Virus record (IMG/VR): IMGVR_UViG_3300017765_000001
Span: 32,001-96,000 of that record
Direction: 5' to 3' (one strand)
Origin: a virus
DNA length: 64,000 bases
The position numbers and the translations under genes are program-made. Shown piece by piece: positions 59,956 through 64,000 of the stretch (its first letter is position 1; the number at the start of each line of letters is the position of its first letter). A model generated the notes under the pieces. The model saw only the letters and a program-made list of their open reading frames with translations. It had not been told where the DNA came from and made no database searches.

Positions 59956-61004
59956 TTCTTATTGTCAATTTGCTGTTTAATCCATGTATAAGTTTTTCTG
60001 ATTCCTTCTTCAAGAGATTGAGAATAATCCCATCCAAGATTCTCTCTAATCAGATCATTATTAGAGTTTCTACCTCTGACACCAGTAGGTGCATCAAGTT
60101 TGTACAATTTCTTGACTACCTTACCTGATACTTTAGCAGCAGTATCAACCAATTCATTGATTGAAACCATCTCTTCTGATCCAATATTGACTGGACCCAT
60201 GAAGTCAGAATCCATCAGCCTTCTAGTTGCTTCAATGCATTCATCAATGAACAGGAAGGAACGAGTCTGTAAGCCATCTCCCCACACCTCGATGCCTCCA
60301 CCTGTCTCAGGGAGGTAAGCGACTTTACGGCAGATTGCAGCTGGCGCTTTCTCTCTTCCTCCCTCCCAGGTTCCTTCTGGACCGAAGATATTGTGATACC
60401 TAGCAATACGAACAGGAATAGAATGATTACGGTTGTAAGCCAAGTAAAGTCTTTCGCTAAAGAGTTTTTCCCATCCATATTCTGAGTCTGGGTTTGCTGG
60501 GTATGCTGATTCTTCACGACAGTCTGGATTGTTGGGGTCAAGTTGATTGTGTTCTGGATACATGCAGGCAGATCCAGAATAGAAAATCTTAGTGGTATTT
60601 GTTACTGTATAGTCATTAAACTCTTTTTGTGCTTCAAGCACATTAAGATTGATGCTGACAGAGTTGTGCATGATATTGGCATCATTCTCACCAGTGAATA
60701 CAAATCCTGCACCACCCATATCTGCAGCAAACTGATAGATCTCATCAAAACATTGATGATACTGTTGAGGGACATCATAATAAAAATTTCCCTGATATCC
60801 CTTAAATCTGATGACCTTATTCACAAAAGTTGGATCACGTAGATCACCATGAACAAATTCATGTGCCTCTGATTTACCAAACTCAGGGCTCTTCAAATCT
60901 ACTCCACGCACCCAATATCCCTCAGCACGCAGACGTTTTACCATATGACTACCAATAAAACCACCTGCACCTAAGACAAGTGCAGTCTTTGTGTATTCAG
61001 ACAT
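59952..61004 (-). CDS. GDP-mannose 3',5'-epimerase-like NAD-dependent epimerase (WcaG family)
   Basis: GAGGFIGSH; FAADMGG; SACMYP; YGWEK; GGREKAPAA. Confidence 0.88.
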   Translation of the reverse strand: MSEYTKTALVLGAGGFIGSHMVKRLRAEGYWVRGVDLKSPEFGKSEAHEFVHGDLRDPTFVNKVIRFKGYQGNFYYDVPQQYHQCFDEIYQFAADMGGAGFVFTGENDANIMHNSVSINLNVLEAQKEFNDYTVTNTTKIFYSGSACMYPEHNQLDPNNPDCREESAYPANPDSEYGWEKLFSERLYLAYNRNHSIPVRIARYHNIFGPEGTWEGGREKAPAAICRKVAYLPETGGGIEVWGDGLQTRSFLFIDECIEATRRLMDSDFMGPVNIGSEEMVSINELVDTAAKVSGKVVKKLYKLDAPTGVRGRNSNNDLIRENLGWDYSQSLEEGIRKTYTWIKQQIDNKK

Positions 61005-61031
61005 TTGATCTAAGTTTTTTACTTACTATGT

Positions 61032-61068
61032 ATTATACAAAAAAAGATGGGGTAAGACAACCCCATCT
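61032..61068 (-). promoter_or_regulatory. Composite terminator/promoter heading the glycan island
   Basis: AGATGGGGT/ACCCCATCT stem plus T run; TTGTCT in the loop, 17-nt spacer, TATAAT. Confidence 0.65.
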
Positions 61069-61075
61069 AAAGAAA

Positions 61076-61137
61076 TCCATGCACGCCACTTGTTTTTGAG
61101 AGAAGCAAGAAACTCTGGGGTATCCCGACCAGGGCTA
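61076..61137 (-). ncRNA. wcaG-like cyanophage structured RNA motif
   Basis: CCCUGGUCGGGAU..GAGUUUCUUGCUUCUC..AAAAACAAGUGGCGUGCAUG upstream of a WcaG-family gene; recalled motif, and the manA motif is not excluded. Confidence 0.5.
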
Positions 61138-61374
61138 GTTTTGAGACGATACCGAGTCTTTAACATAACAAGGAACACCCTCTGGATCTAACCACTTGGT
61201 GTATTCAAAGTCATCAATAGCAGTGAGCAACTGCATTTGATTATCAAGAAGATACATGTCCCTATACCTTTTGGTATAACTATCAGCCTTTTGAATGCGA
61301 TAGTCTGGGAATCCATTTTCTAGAATCCCATTCTCAACGTACCTGTAAGGAAAACGCTCAAGCAAAATTTTCAT
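61135..61374 (-). CDS. Conserved cyanophage hypothetical protein
   Basis: ERFPYRYVE.G.LENG.PDYRIQK. Confidence 0.65.
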   Translation of the reverse strand: MKILLERFPYRYVENGILENGFPDYRIQKADSYTKRYRDMYLLDNQMQLLTAIDDFEYTKWLDPEGVPCYVKDSVSSQN

Positions 61375-61586
61375 ACCACCTCTTTAGGATCAAGATCTTG
61401 AGCCAGATAATCCAGAAGAATATCATAATCATCAAGTGGGTCACCAGAAAATACTACACCTGTATTCTCATAATACTTGCGAATCTTTTTGTAAAGTTTT
61501 GGATTCTTTACATCAAGATAAAAATCTCCATTAACTGCAGACTGCAAAGTGCTGATGTCTTTCTTGAACTTAGTTGTGATAGTCAT
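61371..61586 (-). CDS. Conserved cyanophage hypothetical protein (start MTITTKF)
   Basis: LDVKNPKLYKKI; promoter TTGACT-17-TAGAAT at 61609-61637. Confidence 0.65.
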   Translation of the reverse strand: MTITTKFKKDISTLQSAVNGDFYLDVKNPKLYKKIRKYYENTGVVFSGDPLDDYDILLDYLAQDLDPKEVV

Positions 61587-61659
61587 TGACTTGTGTGTTG
61601 ACCTTTTTATTCTAAGGGATTTGACCTTGTGAGTCAAGTAGACAGATTTGATTCTGTCA

Positions 61660-61732
61660 TAGGGGTTGTGAGGATCGAACTCACCTTAGGCAAATTATGA
61701 GTTTGCTGCATTCACCAGATTGCTAAACCCCC
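61660..61732 (-). tRNA. tRNA with CAT anticodon (Met or lysidine-type Ile2)
   Basis: Cloverleaf; GCAAA-CTCATAA-TTTGC anticodon arm; GTTCGA. Confidence 0.85.
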
Positions 61733-61736
61733 AAGG

Positions 61737-61808
61737 TAGGACTGCTGGGACTTGAACCCAGATCACTCCGTTATAAGCAGAGGGCCTTTACCTTTAGGCG
61801 ACAGTCCC
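61737..61808 (-). tRNA. tRNA-Ile(TAT)
   Basis: Anticodon loop CTTATAA; GGTTCAA T-loop. Confidence 0.85.
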
Positions 61809-62447
61809 TTGTACCTGCTTCCAATCATTCTCAAAGATTTCCATTCCTTTATCAGTAAGGATATGATCATACATTTGCTCAAACACTTTTGGTGGCATAG
61901 TGCAAATGTGAGCACCATTATAGTATGATCTTACAACTCTTTGAACATTTCTGATTGAAGCAGATAGGACTTGAGTTTCAATTCCTTGAACTCTATAGAG
62001 GTCTGATATAGATCTAACGACCTCCAGTCCTGCTACTGATTGATCATCCAGTCTACCCACAAAAGGAGAGACATAAGTTGCTCCTGCCTTTGCTGCCAGA
62101 ATTGCTTGTGCTGCACAGAAAACAAGTGTAACATTGGTCTTGATACCTCTGTCTGCCAGATTTTTACATGCCAAGAGACCATCTCTCGTGCATGGGACTT
62201 TAATTGTTGAGCAATATCCAAACTTGTCATCAAGTCTGATGCCTTCATCAGTCATCTCTTGTGCATCACCCATGACTTCCATGCTGATATCTTCAATTCC
62301 TATCTCATCTATCTCTGCATAGACATCTTGAGGATCTCTACCACTCTTCCTAATCAGTGTGGGGTTTGTTGTCACACCATCAATCAATCCAGTCTGGAAA
62401 TACTTTCTGATGACTTCTGTGTCTGCTGTATCAAGAAAAATTTTCAT
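61794..62447 (-). CDS. talC: Transaldolase
   Basis: IFLDTAD; GVTTNPTL; IKVP; YVSPFVGRLDD; ASIR. Confidence 0.95.
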   Translation of the reverse strand: MKIFLDTADTEVIRKYFQTGLIDGVTTNPTLIRKSGRDPQDVYAEIDEIGIEDISMEVMGDAQEMTDEGIRLDDKFGYCSTIKVPCTRDGLLACKNLADRGIKTNVTLVFCAAQAILAAKAGATYVSPFVGRLDDQSVAGLEVVRSISDLYRVQGIETQVLSASIRNVQRVVRSYYNGAHICTMPPKVFEQMYDHILTDKGMEIFENDWKQVQGTVA

Positions 62448-62617
62448 GTTCCTTCGTTATTGTTATCTCTGTACATTTTAAGTATTTCATCATCAGCAGG
62501 CATCATGACTGCTGCATGTCCATCATCATTCACTATGCCAAGGTGTTCACCTTTTTCAACTCTCTCCATTAATTCATCCCATTTATCCTGAAATTCTTTG
62601 ACTGTGAAAATTTCCAT
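62444..62617 (-). CDS. Phd/YefM antitoxin-like small protein (57 aa; absent from the ORF track)
   Basis: MEIFTVKEFQDKWDELMERVEKGEHLGIVNDDGHAAVMMPADD... Confidence 0.55.
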   Translation of the reverse strand: MEIFTVKEFQDKWDELMERVEKGEHLGIVNDDGHAAVMMPADDEILKMYRDNNNEGT

Positions 62618-62644
62618 TGCACATAGGTTTTGATTATATAGGCA

Positions 62645-62718
62645 TCGAGGTGACAGGATTCGAACCTGCGACCCCTGCTTCCCAAAAGCAGTGCTCTACC
62701 AAACTGAGCTACACCTCG
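62645..62718 (-). tRNA. tRNA-Pro(TGG)
   Basis: Cloverleaf; loop TTTGGGA. Confidence 0.92.
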
Positions 62719-62723
62719 ATGAG

Positions 62724-62810
62724 CGGAGAGGGTGGGATTCGAACCCACGTTGCCCTTGCAGACAAGCTGGTTTTCAAGACCAGAGCCATAAACCACTCGA
62801 CCACCTCTCC
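62724..62810 (-). tRNA. tRNA-Ser(TGA)
   Basis: Loop CTTGAAA; long variable arm. Confidence 0.92.
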
Positions 62811-63059
62811 TTATCTCTCTTCAAAGTCAAGTCTTCTGACTTTCCTTTGACGTCTTGCCTCCTGAAAGGCAAGGTCTTCATTTGATAGAACTCCTTTTCT
62901 TTTTTTAGGATTGTTAGATTTTACCATAACAATCTTACTTAGGTCAACTGCAGTCACCTTATCATCAACCACTGTCATCATATTGGGACATCCACAGGAT
63001 TGAGATTTGGTGGAGCTCGTGATTTCTTTTCTGCATACTTTACATCTTACTGTAATCAT
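62811..63059 (-). CDS. Small Cys-rich (putative Zn-binding) protein
   Basis: CKVC...CGC. Confidence 0.6.
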   Translation of the reverse strand: MITVRCKVCRKEITSSTKSQSCGCPNMMTVVDDKVTAVDLSKIVMVKSNNPKKRKGVLSNEDLAFQEARRQRKVRRLDFEER

Positions 63060-63079
63060 TGGTTTAGTTGGATACTACA

Positions 63080-63151
63080 TGGGAGATACAAGGATCGAAC
63101 TTGTGACATCCTCGGTGTAAACGAGATGCTCTACCGCTGAGCTAATCTCCC
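63080..63151 (-). tRNA. tRNA-Val(TAC)
   Basis: Loop TTTACAC. Confidence 0.92.
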
Positions 63152-63154
63152 ATA

Positions 63155-63227
63155 CTCCTCCACCTGGACTCGAACCAGGGACAAGGTGATTAACAGTCAC
63201 CTGCTCTACCAACTGAGCTATAGAGGA
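63155..63227 (-). tRNA. tRNA-Asn(GTT)
   Basis: Loop CTGTTAA. Confidence 0.92.
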
Positions 63228-63434
63228 TTATTCTAAGACACTAGTTTCTTGTTTCTTCAATCTAAAATACATCTTATAGTATTTCTTTTTGATTCCATCA
63301 AGAGTTTCCTTATCATCACCAAACCCCATCCAATTACAGAGTTGTGCTGATCCTTCCAATTCACTAATCAGTCTCAATATATTGACTGACTGAATAGGAA
63401 GACCTCCTGGTTGATAATCTTCAATTGGGTTCAT
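63228..63434 (-). CDS. Hypothetical protein (start MNPIEDY)
   Basis: ORF between tRNA-Gly and tRNA-Asn. Confidence 0.5.
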   Translation of the reverse strand: MNPIEDYQPGGLPIQSVNILRLISELEGSAQLCNWMGFGDDKETLDGIKKKYYKMYFRLKKQETSVLE

Positions 63435-63452
63435 AATACTCCAGTAGGAGGA

Positions 63453-63524
63453 AGCGAGTAAGGGGACTTGAACCCCTGACATTCAGCTTGGAAGGCTGAC
63501 GTTCTACCACTGAACTACACTCGC
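63453..63524 (-). tRNA. tRNA-Gly(TCC)
   Basis: Loop CTTCCAA. Confidence 0.92.
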
Positions 63525-63543
63525 ATTGTGGGAATAAATCCCA

Positions 63544-63615
63544 AGCCAGATAACAGATTTGAACTGATGACCTTTGCTTTACAAAAGCACTGCTCTACCA
63601 CTGAGCTAATCTGGC
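63544..63615 (-). tRNA. tRNA-Thr(TGT)
   Basis: Loop TTTGTAA. Confidence 0.92.
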
Positions 63616-63619
63616 AAGG

Positions 63620-63693
63620 CGACTCAAGTAGGATTCGAACCTACGACCGACTGCTTAGAAGGCAGTTGCTCTGTCCAGCTGAGCTATTGAGTC
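63620..63693 (-). tRNA. tRNA-Arg(TCT)
   Basis: CTGC-CTTCTAA-GCAG anticodon arm. Confidence 0.92.
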
Positions 63694-63701
63694 ATGAAAT
63701 A

Positions 63702-63730
63702 ATTATAGTGGCCTTTGGTTCCTCTGTCAA
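63702..63730 (-). promoter_or_regulatory. Consensus sigma70 promoter for the tRNA cluster
   Basis: TTGACA-17-TATAAT, 8 nt upstream of tRNA-Arg. Confidence 0.85.
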
Positions 63731-64000
63731 CTAGGGAAGATTCTCTGATCCTCCTAGATGGACTTTGTTTTTGGTTGCCATCTCATACATGACTTCATGA
63801 ATATTCTCTGATTCCTTTGTTCCATAGAACTTGTGTGCCTCTTCCTTGAAGGCATCATGCTCAATCTTCTTCTGTTTTGATTTGTCTGATAGAACTGCTG
63901 GACCAAACCATGGGTCATCTTGCAGATACTCTGGTGCTGGAACTGTCTTGTGTTATTTTTTATCCAATTCAGAATTAATCCAGGTTACAAAAGGAATTAA

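Noticed and set aside
63620-63693. Amber suppressor tRNA (CTA visible in the loop)
   Set aside because: The 7-nt loop is CT-TCT-AA, so the anticodon is TCT (Arg).
1-64000. Genome-wide stop-codon recoding
   Set aside because: Core genes are intact under code 11, and TAG, TGA and TAA all terminate conserved genes.

Overview
This 64 kb window is a segment of a T4-like cyanomyovirus genome (Kyanoviridae-type). The host is most likely marine Synechococcus, judged from psbA+psbD, zwf/gnd, petE, PTOX and nine tRNAs. Most genes are on the minus strand. From left to right: (1) baseplate/tail module (gp5, hub protein, two tape-measure-like proteins carrying a GH24 lysozyme and a putative L,D-transpeptidase/Tlde1-like domain, gp51, gp26, tube-like protein, gp4, gp2, gp48, gp53); (2) replication/late-transcription block (gp32, gp59, gp33, exonuclease, phoH, thyX); (3) a double glnA-type glutamine riboswitch with an ORF inside it, upstream of DUF4278 peptides; (4) speD, glutaredoxins, DoxX, psbD, psbA with a PhotoRC-II-like leader; (5) a cluster of secreted/membrane proteins of unknown function; (6) auxiliary metabolic genes (petF, zwf, an ndhP missed by the ORF track, gnd, PTOX, petE, two hli) and a small outer-membrane protein; (7) a ~16 kb glycosyltransferase/sugar-nucleotide island; (8) a wcaG-like RNA, talC and a tRNA cluster. 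The sequence is strongly CpG-depleted except in apparently imported segments. All calls come from motif recognition by eye; no searches were run.
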